From contig NC_135758.1 of the NCBI RefSeq assembly GCF_052425735.1, positions 31,868,001-31,932,000 on the forward strand: a stretch of 64,000 bases of DNA, written 5' to 3'. This DNA is from Oculina patagonica. Lineage: Eukaryota. The notes below the pieces were generated by a model. It saw only the letters and a program-made list of their open reading frames with translations. It was not told where the DNA came from and searched no databases. Of this stretch, positions 25,242-38,500 are shown one piece after another. The translations under genes and the position numbers were made by a program. Positions within the stretch are counted from its first letter, which is position 1. The number at the start of each line of letters is the position of its first letter.

Positions 25242-26130
25242 TACTCTTTTCACAGCCACCACATTACTTTTTGCGTCCTTCAATTCTTCGAGAAAGCCGT
25301 GAAATGAGGAAGATTTTTCTTGTGATTTCAGCAAGTTGTGTCTGTTCCAAAAGTGAATTTCAACATCTTTGCGTGTTTCATAGCGCTCGTGTTATAATGC
25401 AGCTAAAAATTGTGTTGACCTTCCACAGTGGCAAATTACAATGTCACTTCTAGAATTAACTGAACGCCGAAAAGAGAAAGCATCTAAATTATCGTCAAAG
25501 TAGACGATTTCTTTCGGTGTTCAATTAAAAATTCATTCCTCGCGAAACCGATTAGCAACACTTGTTGAATGTACTTGAGAGGAAAGTCAAATGTCACGAG
25601 AAATGAAGTTATTGGTTGGTTGGAAAGTGGGTTGTGACCACTGACAAGTGCACGCCCCTTGAACATGTTTCACGTTTGAAACGAAACTACGCCAACAGGT
25701 TTCCAATAGGAAAGTGTCACAAGCTGTTGAGGTTGAAATGCCAGTAGAATTTTGTGATTCGGGATTCTTACAAGTTTTGGTTTGAACGACGGCGCGAAAA
25801 GGACTCTTCTGTTTTTGATTTGCCTTAGGAGACTTGAGTCAGGCAATGGAAACAAAGTCAATACGAAACATGCACAATTGCCAGAAACTTGGGTGCCATG
25901 TTATAATTTGAAAAGATCAAACGTTGGCTGTTTTGAAGGGTCATTCTTTTCCTAATTTGCTGCAGGTGAATGGAGGGGCATCGTGCTCGTGTCGCCCTTT
26001 TTCTTCGACGCTGCCTCTCTTCACCCCAGCTCCTGCCTCTTATCAGCCCTCTGTAGTCCAGAATTGATGATGTTCCTCCACTTGCAACGGTTCACTGCCG
26101 CCGACTCCCATGTCTGGTGGGTGAAGGTTA

Positions 26131-26447
26131 AAGCTCTGGCCAAACGGTAACGCAATTAGTCGCAAGCTGAATCGCGTTGGCTGGCCAAACGGACTCGCAA
26201 GTTGTCCAAAAAAGGCCATTTCAATGCCACTGCGCGCGCTGCAACTCAGTACTTGAAATACTAAAACAGCAAGACTTGCGTTGACTTGCATTGGGTGGCC
26301 AAACGGTGAAAAACTATCGTTGACTTGCGTGCAAATTTGATCTCGACCAAAGTGAACGTAAGTCATCGCAAGTGCACGCAAGTCCTGGCGAAACGGAGAC
26401 GCAAGTAGACGCAAGTTTTCGACTTGCGTCTCCGTTTGACCAGGCCT
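26131..26447. mobile_element. MITE with GGCCAAACGG repeats (PIF/Harbinger-like)
   Basis: CTGGCCAAACGG ... CCGTTTGACCAG ends and internal repeats of the motif. Confidence 0.55.
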
Positions 26448-26607
26448 AAAGTCTGCGTTTGGGCCTAGTGGTCCATCAGGTTGGAGATTATCCCCGTTTC
26501 TGTAGCATTAAGCGACAAGGAGTACACCTGGGCGGAGAGAGGAACTGTGAGAGTGAAGTGTCGATCTGGAGTCCAGCGTGCTTACCACTAGGCTACCGCT
26601 CCTCCTG
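26446..26607 (-). mobile_element. Degenerate tRNA-derived SINE with internal deletions
   Basis: Minus strand GGAGGAGCGGTAGCCTAGTGGTAAGCACGCTGGACTCCAGATCGA head, then ACACTTCACTCTCACAG...CCCAGGTGTA and ATGCTACAGAAAC...CTGATGG...GCAGACTTT. Confidence 0.6.
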
Positions 26608-27929
26608 TCTGGTAGATAAATGCTAGCATAAAAGAGCTGAAAACTATACAGCAGTTCTATGAGTTCAGTTCTACGACATTCTACGAGTAAAGGACAATCT
26701 TCACCGTTGATCTTCTCTTACTTTTTAGCCAAGCTGCTTCGACCCTCTATGGCCTTGATCTTGACATCAAAGAAGAAAAGCCCATCTATACATATATTCA
26801 AAAAAGCAAGAAAATAGCAGCAGTGTCGAAGAACCAGCTGAAATGTATCACTGTTAGTTTCTTGCTTCTCAGCACAGGGTTCGTTTATTTCCAACATAAA
26901 CTCGTGTAGCCAATAGAAAGGAATCCGTTACCAAATCTTAGTAAATAACCAATCGTTTATTATCCTTTTGGTAGGTAAAATGATTGATTTTACTAGACAA
27001 AGCAAGTTATTGCATACTTTTAAATCATTTTCAAGTTCTTTAATCTCCGAGGATGTGTTCAGGGAGTGAGGATATGCGCATTACAATCGAATATAGGCCT
27101 CTCGATTGTAACCTTCCCCACCCCCTCCAACGACGCAGATGAAAACACTCAGTGCTATGTAAACTCTTCACAGTTACCTTCTTGTTATCAGGGACACCCA
27201 ACGGATAACTTCGGTGAATATGTGTTCAGAAGGCCTGTTATCCACTCCGATTTTCTTTAATGAAATGTTGCCTTGAACCTTCGTTATATCGGAAATAGAG
27301 TAACACCTATTGTTTTCGGAGAGGTAAAAATGGTGTTTTTGGTACAGAAAAACGCCAGCTACGATTTTCGAAAAGGTAACAACAGCTCGCAAATTCAGGT
27401 AATGAGATTTTTTCCCTAAAAGTTTCAACCACCTAAACATTCAGCTAGAAAATCCGAAAAGATTTAACTATGCTAATTCATATATATCCTAAATGATACG
27501 GTAAAATAGTACAACGACATTCCAAGAATTTTGACTAAATTTCCTCGTTGGGTGCTCCTGTTGTTATGGGCTGAGTCACAATTACAGTTTAAGCTAAATG
27601 AATTGTTATTGTTAATGACCAAGCAATTCTGTTTGGCTACTTCAATTGGAAGAATAGAGTTTTATGCCGGTTATAAGTTATAGAATCCTGAGTGAAGCAA
27701 ACTTGTAAGTAATCATTCATAAAGTATATAATGCACACTTCTACAATTTCTTTTGTTGGGATAGAAACGTAATCTTTATTGGCCATGACCTGACAAACAA
27801 CATTAGCACGCAGACACCAGTTCCACCACATTTTTCTGGTTCCGTACCAGCAAAATTTATGTAATAACATTTCCCCGCAGATTCAAATTCATGTATTCAG
27901 AAGTTTTTAGAATACCTCTGTCAGTGTGT

Positions 27930-28795
27930 CAACAACATGTATTTTGCACTTCACGGCTCTTCTACTAAGAAAGTTCCCCCACAGAGAAAGTATGTCTTTT
28001 GTGGAACCGAGTTGGAACAAGTTGACTCTATTTCTTATCTAGGAGTAATCCTGAACGACAACTTGAAATGGTCAAATCACGTCTCATCCATCTCTGGCAA
28101 AGCAAGCAAGGTTCTGGGAATGATTAAAAGAAACCTCTGGAATTGCCCCAAGAATGTGAAAGAAACTGCATACACAGCTATTGTTCGCCCAAAGCTCGAA
28201 TACGCTTGCGCAGCCTGGGATCCTTATCTCCAAAAGGACATAAACTCCCTCGAAAGAGTACAGAGGAAAGCGGCGCGGTTTTGCACAAACGACTACCACC
28301 CAACCGCCAGTGTAACTGATATGATCCAGGAGTTGGGCTGGCAAACATTGGAACAACGAAGAAAATCTTTTCGACTTACATTACTATATAAAATGAGTCA
28401 CGACCTTGTAGATATAAATGTTGACTCCTATCTTAGTAGACATAATGAATCCAGAACTCGCGGCAGCCATAATTTCAAATATACGCAATATAGAGCGACG
28501 AAAAAAGCGTATTTTTACTCGTATTTTCCGAGGACCATAAGAGAGTGGAATGCACTCCCTGCGGCGATTGTTGAGTCCCACTCTCTTACGTCTTTCCAGT
28601 CTGGACTGCGCGAGCATTTTTATTAATTTAGTGGTTTACCCATATAATTTTAGAATTTTTAGATTTTTAGAATTAATTTAGAATTTTTCAGTTATTTTAT
28701 ATGTACATATTGTATTTTTACTTATTTTTAGACGTTGGTGTGATATCCGTATGGACTTTTTACCAACATATTAAATGTAGATGTAGATGTAGATA
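27930..28795 (+). mobile_element. 5'-truncated non-LTR retrotransposon (CR1/L2 group) ORF2 C-terminus and 3' UTR
   Basis: ORF 27937-28626 has YLGVIL...LKWSNH, AYTAIVRPKLEYACAAWDP, LERVQRKAARF, LGWQTLEQRR, YFPRTIREWNALP; (TGTAGA)3 tail at 28776-28793. Confidence 0.9.
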
Positions 28796-29585
28796 CATAC
28801 GTATACCGAGGCACTCGTTTATGCTAACTTATTTTCACGCAGGTTACATAGAACTGGCGTCAAAGTGCACTTTCTTAAATAACAATGTTCACGATGCAAA
28901 AACTTTGACAAAATGCGAACTTTTGTAAGCGCCAACCTGCATGTAAAGCAAAAAATGAGAGATAGAAAAATGCGTTTGTCCGTTCTGGTTTAGCCCGTCA
29001 TTTGGTCGCTACTCACTCACCGACCCTCATCACCTTAAATACTTGCTCTGAACGGTTTTTCTAAATAAGAAGATATTAAGTTTAGCGCGCAATATAATAG
29101 CGTGAAAGGTCTTTTCGGTCATGAAACCTAGCACTTATCACCTAGTTAGTGACTGGTTTATCACACAGCTATGAAACCCTTTCAGGACCTGACCTGTTAT
29201 TTGTAAATTAATAATGACTGGCATTCACTGAACTGAAAAGCAAAGTTTTTCTTAAAGTGTAGAAAGACATTTTTCATGGTGTTATAAATTTTAACCGAAT
29301 TTAAGTTTTTATTGTTTGTGGAAAATGTCTACGTTTCATTAAGGCAATACTGGTAACGGAATTCTAGAACAGCAAAGGATGATGGTAAGTCAAGTTTATT
29401 GTGATGTAGTTACAAACCTTATCTTACTAATTGATTTTAAGCGTCGAGAAATATTTATTACCGAAACACCAAAACAAATGCTTGCAAACTACTAAAAATC
29501 AAAAAATCAAGAGAATGCTATAACAACATCTCAATGTTTCCTTTGGACAGGTTTTGAATGTTAACTGGATGGTCAAATAGGCGAC

Positions 29586-32500
29586 ATGATTTCAACAATC
29601 TTCACTTCCGCGCTCACGTTTCTGTTGATAAAGCTCTGCTCGGCAGGTAACTGTGACACGACTGTATTTATAACAAAAAAGAATCCAGGTACCCGATTAT
29701 CACTCTTATTATTTCCATATTTGTTCTCATTTAACTGACTTAAAAAAAAAGCCGGTGGAGAGGCGAACATGAAGGAAAAAATAATTCTGGTTAGATTAAG
29801 TTACATTACCGGATTCATCCTTACTCGAATTCTAAGACTAATTGAGTTTGGTATTCACCTGTATAAAGTGCTCGAGCAATACTTACTTTAGTGCCTTTTT
29901 ATGGCTTAACGATAATAAAACGTACAAAGCGAGCTTAAGTTTTTTTAATCATCGCTATTAAACGGTCGATGGACAAGTTATGTTAAAAATTGACTCAGAT
30001 TAAAAGTTATACTCGATGGCATGTCCCACGAGTGCTTGCATTCGCTTTGGAGAGCACATGAAAATACTAAAAAACTTGGTTACCTAGAAGAATTGAGAAC
30101 AATACTGATTGTTACGTCACTATCTTTTTAATTAGCTCTGAGGCAAACTATTGTCCACCAATTATTCGCTATTGACAGTGGTAACGACAATCTGTGTGTA
30201 GTAGATGAGATAAGGAGGGTGTTCATCTTCACTTGCTACGGTCAAAAAGACTACTTTATTAGAGTGTTTTTTTTTTATTTCAGATAACGCATCATTTGGT
30301 TCAACTAGAGGTGAGAGTTCCCCTTTCAAACGGGTGTTATATTCATTCTAAAGAACAGTTCAGTTGTAAGCAATAACAAGCCAATGTGTACTTTACCCGT
30401 GCGTATAATTAGTAAATAAACCCCTTCAGGCGGTTGGTATATTGGAGGATAATGCCTGAGGCTGAAAGATTGTCGAAAAATGAACAGTTGGCCGAGAAGC
30501 GAAGCTCGAGGAACGTAATTTTGAGGACAATCTTTCAGCCAAGGCATTATCCTCCAATACACCAGCAAGCCAGAAAGGGTTTTTTATTTTATAACCCCCG
30601 AATCAGCGCTTTATCGCCAGTATTTTATAGAAAAAAACCTACGTAATAAACCCGGCGTAACTGTAGTTGAAACAAATTAATGTAAGTTGATTGTTTACGT
30701 GATTTTTTAACTCTGTGATTTCATGAAAAGTTAGAATGAATAAGGAGACTTCATTCGTTTGGTTTGTGCGCCTACAGAATCGGGCGACGGATATCAAATC
30801 GGACGGGGTATTTCGCTGATACCCGTCGTCCGATTTTTTACCACGTGATGCGTTTTGTCCAATGAGCGCGCGCGAAAATTAATCGGTGGGTTATAACGCG
30901 TAATATGTTGCCTGACGTGACGTGATTTCGGATCGCATGATTTTCAATGGATCTCAATGCAAGCAGCTCGATGCAGAGTTGTTTACTGAATCCTTAGAAA
31001 ATTGCTCCATTTCCAAAGATTGAACTGGATTGAACCCAAAGACGATTTCATAAGGCAACCAAAATGAGTGATAATTGCTTTCGTGAAGATGAAATGTTAA
31101 ACATGCCACGAGCGTGGGACAAAGAAAAAATCTGAGTCCCCAACGGGAATCGAACCCATGGCCGCCCAGATATTGTTTCTATGACCAGAAAACTATAACG
31201 ATTATATTCCACAAAAGAAGAGTTTGGGCGAATTTGGAGGTTGCAAGTTGCAAGAACTGAAATATAACTCAAGTTGTGTAAGAGCACCATTAACGTTGAA
31301 TGTTCTTAAACTGAAAATTCCTTTTCAACAGGTTGTGACTCAGCTTGCCAAAAAGAGTGCATTGAGGTCATCAACAAATATCGTTTGAATCATCACGCAA
31401 AGAACGTTAAGTTCTCTCAGTTTCTTGCCGACAAAGCTCAAAAATGGGCGGACGGTGGAAGATTCGGGTACGACATGAAATCCCGCGGGAGATACGGGCA
31501 GCTCATTGAGTGGGATGTCAAGGATGAGCTTCAGAATTTTACAACTGTAATAAAACATTGGCATGACAAGGAGAAGGATTTTGACTTTGCTACAGGCCGA
31601 TCAAAGACTGGAAAGACACTCCATGATTTCACACAAATCGTATGGAAAAAAGCAAAAAAGGCCGGCTGTGGACAAAGTGAAATCTTCGGCTCAAAGTATT
31701 ATGTTGTGTGGATGGACTCTGATGGTGTTGTCAGTCCGGATATGGAAGGTGGTACAGCGATTATTGGATCTCCCGAAAAGGTGGGTTGAAAAAACGTCTT
31801 TAATGTATCATACCATTTTATAGGAACTGTATAGCGATTCTCCATGCCCCAATAAGCGACTTATGGTTTTGGATGTAGTGTCTGGTGGACTTGCGGAAAG
31901 ACGTTTTACGCTAACTACTTAAGAGAGCTTCCCGAAGAGATTTGACAAGGATGCCACAGCCTCTAGGTCCACCTCTTGCGGCATTGCATTCCAAAATTGG
32001 CAACCTCGCAGGTTATTTTTAGCACAAAACGCAAAAAATAGCATAGTGCGATGAAGGCATTTTAAAAACCACTCTCCCTACTTCTTTTTTCATTGTTTGT
32101 CTTTGCGAATTATCTGTTTTATCCAACAAATTAAGGTTTATAACAATCATCTTTTGCTGATATTTTTAGGAGGATCTTCATTGGTTCGAGTCTGAAAAGG
32201 AATCTTCTAAACCGAAACACACTTACGTGGTACCGTTGAAAGCACAAGACGAAGACTCCTCGTCAAGGACCCACGTGGAGCCTTTGGCACCAGTAGTACT
32301 AAGAACGGGAAGCACTCGGAGCAAACAAAGCAAACCAACTGATTCCCCTGATTTAAATGAAGTAAGAGAGGAACAAAGAGTTTTGAACAATAATGCTTTG
32401 TTAAAACAATACCTATATCACGACAGCCTTAACAACGTGGTGTTGAACGAAAACAAGGAAACGGCTAGTTACCACGTAGTGTCTGGAGCTGAGGATAACG

Positions 32501-35500
32501 CCAACTGGCAGAAAGGTTCGGAAAGCCTCATACAATTGGGAAGGAATAAGGTAAACACAACCCAAACGTCACCCAATAGAGTAACGTCGTATCCAGTTGG
32601 GGAAGGTGAAGAGGAAGGCAGCAAAGAAGCATCGAGGTTCCAGTCGCAGGTGATCCAGGACGACGACATGCTGACTAAGGATGAAGTTGATGACAACACA
32701 ACTCCCTCCACGGAAGCAAACGACGGCGACGAACTTGGTGAAGGGGACGAGAGAGAGCAGGCAGCTAAAATTCAGTCTCTGATGAAACAAGAAGATGACA
32801 TGATACAGAATCAAGAAGCGGAAGAAGATGAGGAATCTTCAGGAGGTAACAACACGGCTGAAGGTGCCACATCAGGAACATCAAATGTCGACACAAACAC
32901 TGTGGTGGCAACCACCAGCTCATCCAATACATTTGCAAAGACAAATGAATCTGTCGTCAGCAGTACCAATACTGCAAAGCAACAAAAACAAAAATCTGCT
33001 TCGTTTTACGCGTCAGGCATAGCGCTCAATAACAATCCAAACGATACGAATGAATCAGCTGCATCAAATGACAAACCCTCTATTGGTTCATCTGGAAATA
33101 CTTCGAGTTCTTCCCATCCTGGCCATTTAATGATGAATCAGTCATCGATGAACATTCACCAAGACACTCCTAGTGGTTCTCCTTCAAATGGAAGCCTTAA
33201 AATCAAACAGAAAGGAGATAATGCGACTGATGCTATTGAACTATCAAACAATTCATCTTCACAAAATGAAGCTATTGCCACAAATGGGACACAATCGATC
33301 ATGTTACACCATACTAAAATGGCAACTCAAGTGACCACAATACAACAATCAGACGCAACTGGTGGCGCGGTTGCACCAGGTTCAACCAACACCGTCTCCA
33401 ATGTAGGCCGCAATGGAATGCGAGGTGTAAACCAAGCCTCCAGTCCAACGATATTGAGTTCCCAAGGTGGAATGAAGCCTAGTCAACAACATATTGGCAT
33501 GAAGCCCATAATGTCAAATTCGCAGTCACGACCAACACTTACAGACTTGATAGTGCCAGGAGCTTCTATAAAACCAAAGGGGAAGAGTCCAGATGTCTCT
33601 CACCTGGAAACGACAAATGAACAGCCACAGCAGTCTGGATCACCAACGGTAAACCAACACACAATATCTGGGGAAAGCCTAGATGTTTCTCACCTAGAAG
33701 TGACAAACAAACAGTCAAAGCAGTCCGGGTCACCAACAGTGAACCAACATCCAATATCTGGGGAAAGCCCAGATGTTTCTCACCTGCAAGCTACACATGA
33801 GCAGTCACAGCAGTCTGGATCACCAACAATAAACAAACACCCAATTTCTGGGGAAAGCCCAAATGTTTCTCACCTAGAAGTGACAAATGAGCAACCCCAG
33901 CAGTTTGCATCACCAACAGTGAACCAACATCCAATATCTGGGGAAAGCCAAGATCTTTCTCACTTGCAAGCGACACATGAACAGCCAAAGCAGTTCGGAT
34001 TACCAACAGTGAACCAACATCCGATATCCGGGGAAAGCCTTGATGTTTCTCACCAGCAAGCGACAAATAAACAGCCACAGCAGTCCGGATCACCAACAGT
34101 GAACCAACATCCGATATCTGCTGCTTCAGGAAGTCTAAAAAATGAAACTTTGACGCTTGTATCGAACAGATTGTCACCAGGTGCTCAAGCAACTGGGACA
34201 AATGCTGCAGTCCAATCGCCTATTGCGAGCCCCATCAAGGTCAGCGATTCTGTTTCTGATGTACATCATGTGTCTTCACCAGCCATGATCACACTGCCGA
34301 GTGCTAGCAACCGTCCTATTAAGCTCGTTTTTCATGTTCAAGACATGAAATCAAATGGGATGTCACCAAATGCTCCAGTATCTGGGTCTGAGACTGTGAC
34401 TGGCTTTCAAACAACACCTGCCTTGAGTGATGATCTTGTAAATAAAATGAATGATGAAGGTAAGTGAGAACATATGAATAAATCATCATCATTATCAATA
34501 ACTGACCTTATTGCGCCAGGGGACGCAGAAGGCCTCACATATGAACACACAAAAAGACAATGATGATAAATAGATTCATTTTAACCAAATGTTTAAAATT
34601 TGAACTATAGGGCTAAAGCCTGAAGCAATTAAAAGAAATAGAATTCTTTAACATGCGGTGATATTATTTTCAATTTCAACTTGGTAACGATCATAATTCC
34701 TCTGTTGTATAATCTTTGATTTTGTGGGCATGTTAACAATTCTGAGCATCCAACACTGGACGAGAACAACTCGTACATGTTTTTATTTGCTTCTTTAGAA
34801 TGCCACGATGACACATTGCAGTGCCACCTGTGGGCTCACCATGGTCACTGCAAAGGTATGGCGTACGCAGAGTTCATGAAAAGACATTGCAAAGCTACCT
34901 GCGGATACTGTGGTAAGATATGGTAACATTGTAGGATTATTTTGATGATATATGCCTTGACATCTACCTTTCGCATATGCTTTTCTAACACTATTAGTAT
35001 TATTCGAGGTTACTTGCTTCTTACGGTTGTTTGCAATCTGGGCTCTTTTGGACCGTAGGGAGCGTATGATGCATTGAGACCAAAAGTGTCAGCTTAACCG
35101 GCGACAAGCTTGGCATTGTTCGCATCTCGCTAACGACTTCCCATTACAATTTTTCTCTTGATAAAAGGATGTCACAAATACGAATATTTTTTGGGGGATA
35201 GTTCTTTAACTTTGGCAAGGGACGGGGGGAGTACAGGCTGATGGAAATTGACTACAACGCTGAGGTTCGTTAGCTTTGCCGAAAATTTACTCTCACTCTC
35301 TTTTACCGGTTTCTTGATTATCAGTTTGAATTTTGTTTTATAGCTGAATATATGATAGGAATGAGAAAACTGCTGGCGAGTTTCCCCGTGACATAGCACT
35401 AATAGTTTTAAAACTTTTCTGGTTTTAGGTCTTCCATCCGTCATCAAGCAAAGTGTAAATCGTATACAGACTCACAATTTAGCCCAAGACGGTAAGTTTA

Positions 35501-38500
35501 TTAAGGGAGCTCTGTCACGATTTTTAAAGCCATTTTTTGTGGCGTAAAAGCTACCGTAAAATTTAAGAAGACCTCCAAAAATTAAAATAGTTTGTTAAGG
35601 AAAAAACACCGAGAAGGCAAAAACAAACCAAAAACGAGCAAGGGTGGTTAAGAAGTGGAGGAGAATGAGGTGGATTTTGACAGCTGCTTTCAATCTTTGT
35701 TTGAGGTAATTCCATTTGCTTCCAAAAACCAAGAAGAGGAATAAAAAGCACAAGAGAGCAGGTTCGTGAGTTGGAACGAAACAAGAATCGAAGCAAACTG
35801 GAGCTTTTAACTTTAAGTCTCTTCGTGACTTTTTGTGGAGACGAGAGATTGTTTGCAATTTACTTTCGCATTCATCTACGACTTATAACTCTCATACACC
35901 GAGTGCAACTTGTCTGACACAAACAGCACGTTATTGACTCACAAGAATTGGGCTCTTATTTGCAGAACCCTGTGAAGACGCGCCTAATTATGAATTTAGT
36001 TGTCCAAGATGGCAAGCTCAAGGCTACTGTGAAAAGAAAGAAAAGGAAATGAGATTAGTCTGCAGAAAAACCTGCGGTTTCTGTGGTGAGTGAGGAAGTC
36101 ACGAGTCCCGGTAATCATGTGTATACATATATGAATACAGTAAAAACCCGCGAGTAAGAACCTAATTTTTCCAGGTTAGCCTAAACATGTTCTTACAAAA
36201 ATGGTAGAAAGAACTCTTAGTTTAATCGGGCCTATTCCTCCATAGGTACTTATAAAAAGGGGGTCTATTTGCAAATTTTAGCCTATAGTTCTCAAATGTT
36301 AGGTTCTTACTCGCGGGTTTTTACTGTATCCGTTAAACGAAAGTAGGCAGTCACGTTTGCTATTGAGCTTGCTCAATAACATAGTCCGGTTCTCATCTCC
36401 TGTTAGTGTAGCACGAGGGTTATAATAATATTTCTTCCCCTAGATAGGGTGTTAGTCTATCTCAGGTTCGCCAACTTAAAACACACGCGCCACGTTTTTC
36501 TAGCTACTGACCCGATAGAAGACTTGAACGAAAAATAATATTGTGGAGTTTGAATAGAACACCGATTTAGGAGGATAGTTGTAATCTATTTTTGTGTCTT
36601 CTTTTCAGTTCCAGCGAAAAATAAAATAAAATCACAATATTCTTCCGCACTCCAAACTTTGCCAAAAACATCACAGGCTGGGCCTGAAAACGGTGATAGA
36701 AACACTGGTGAGGTGCAAGCTCCTACGCTGTCAAAACCATTTTCATCTACACCGCCAAAACCTAATCTAAACTTAATGCCAAATGATATAGCCAAATTTA
36801 CTCCCTCTTCGGGCGTACAAACGCTCAACATTTCACCACTTAAACCAAAGGTATCACTTCTACAGTACGTTCATAAGCTTCCAATATCGTCGAGTCTCAA
36901 GGACAACAAGCCATTTGGAGGTTCAATAGATAAACAAAATGCGAACCTTAACGTGAAAAATTTAACTGACGCATCTGGAATATCAACCCAACCTTTCCGC
37001 AATGAACAATCGTCTAACAAATCTGCAAGTTTGAATATAAAGAGCCAAGATGGAAGGCAAGGTGTCGGTAGCTCAAAGGATCTCAGCAACTCAACGCTCA
37101 AATCAAAGATGAGCCAAAAAAATCAAAGCACAGCCCCAGATCAGATCGGTCTTAAGGCATCCACTTTCCTGTCAAGTGGACAGGGCGTGAGCAACAAACT
37201 CAACAACTTTATAAAAGCACCAGTTAACATTGATGCGACATCTTTAAATGCACCAAAGCCTCAATTGGCTACATTTTCTACTAATGAGAAGGTTTCTAAC
37301 GAAAACTCTGGTTCAGAAAAAGAAGACAAAATGATACAAGATGGTATTATTGCTCTACAACACAAACTGCAAGCTCCGTTACAGATAAGTGCGGTGGCAA
37401 AGAGCAAAGCAGGATGCAAGGAGAGACTCTGCAAAGAGAAAGTCAAAACGCAGCAAGCAAAAACTAGAGGGACCATTGGTGACCAGGGTGAGAAGCCAGA
37501 ATGGTTATTTTGTGCTATCGGGAGGGTATTTATTTCATAGCACTTGTTGCCTTCAGTCGCTATATACTGATAACACGTCCTCTAAATAGTTGTTCGTTTG
37601 GGTCTGGAAAAGAAAGCTGGTCTACATAATTATATGTCGGGTGAACTTTTTGTTTCGATGTCAGTTTGAAAGAAAACTGAATACTCTACCTAATCTTTTA
37701 ATAATTTCTGTTAGGACTATATTTCAAATAATATAGCTCCAACATTGGATGAATTAGGTTATTATCTGAGTGTTTTTGCTTATTTCACCTAGTACCTGTT
37801 GTGTCGTCTACGAGAAACACTACGGAGAAACCTGTATCGACAACTGGTAAGGCCGGATCACTCTGAAGAGTTCAAGACATGTAATATAATGTTTCCTTGC
37901 ACCGGTCTGATGAAAGCCAATCAAAAATCTTGTTAAGCAAAACGCCGAACGCCATCTACTTTAGTCAATTCATCTGTAGGGTAAACATGACCGTCTGCAA
38001 CATACACGTATTCATCATCATCATCATTTTCTTTTTCCTAACTTGGAAAAAGAGCCAAACGTCTTACTAATGTTTATAAATAAATGTTGATGGGACCTGC
38101 AACTTATTCTTATTAACTTATTCAACTGCATCAGTCACATTGAACCTAGTCCTAAGGGATAACCCATAACCCTTCAGTTTCAAAGAAGTAGAACGTCCGA
38201 TCGCGAAAGGAAGGTCATAAATTAAGCTTCTGTTGCAGAACTCGGAAAAAAATTGCGATTAGCATTTGTCACAGAACGATTTACATCTCCTGTCTGTCAT
38301 TGTTCTTTCGAGGTTGCGACATCTCATGTCAGCGGGAATGCCTGGCGGCTCACAACAGATACCGTTTGAATCACGGCGCATCGCCCCTAATACTGGACCA
38401 AACATTAGCAGACCAGGCACAGCAGTGGGCGGATAAGAAAGTGTTTAAACACTCCCCCTGGGCAGGGGGTCAGGGTGGGGAGACAATAGCACTCGGTAGC

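Noticed and set aside
33580-34119. CRISPR-like repeat-spacer pattern (also 48845-49030 and 55860-56170)
   Set aside because: No unique spacers, no cas genes, eukaryotic context; these are coding repeats or minisatellites.
37855-37950. CTGAAGA and CTGATGA as hammerhead cores
   Set aside because: No closing stem II with GAAA and NUH could be built.
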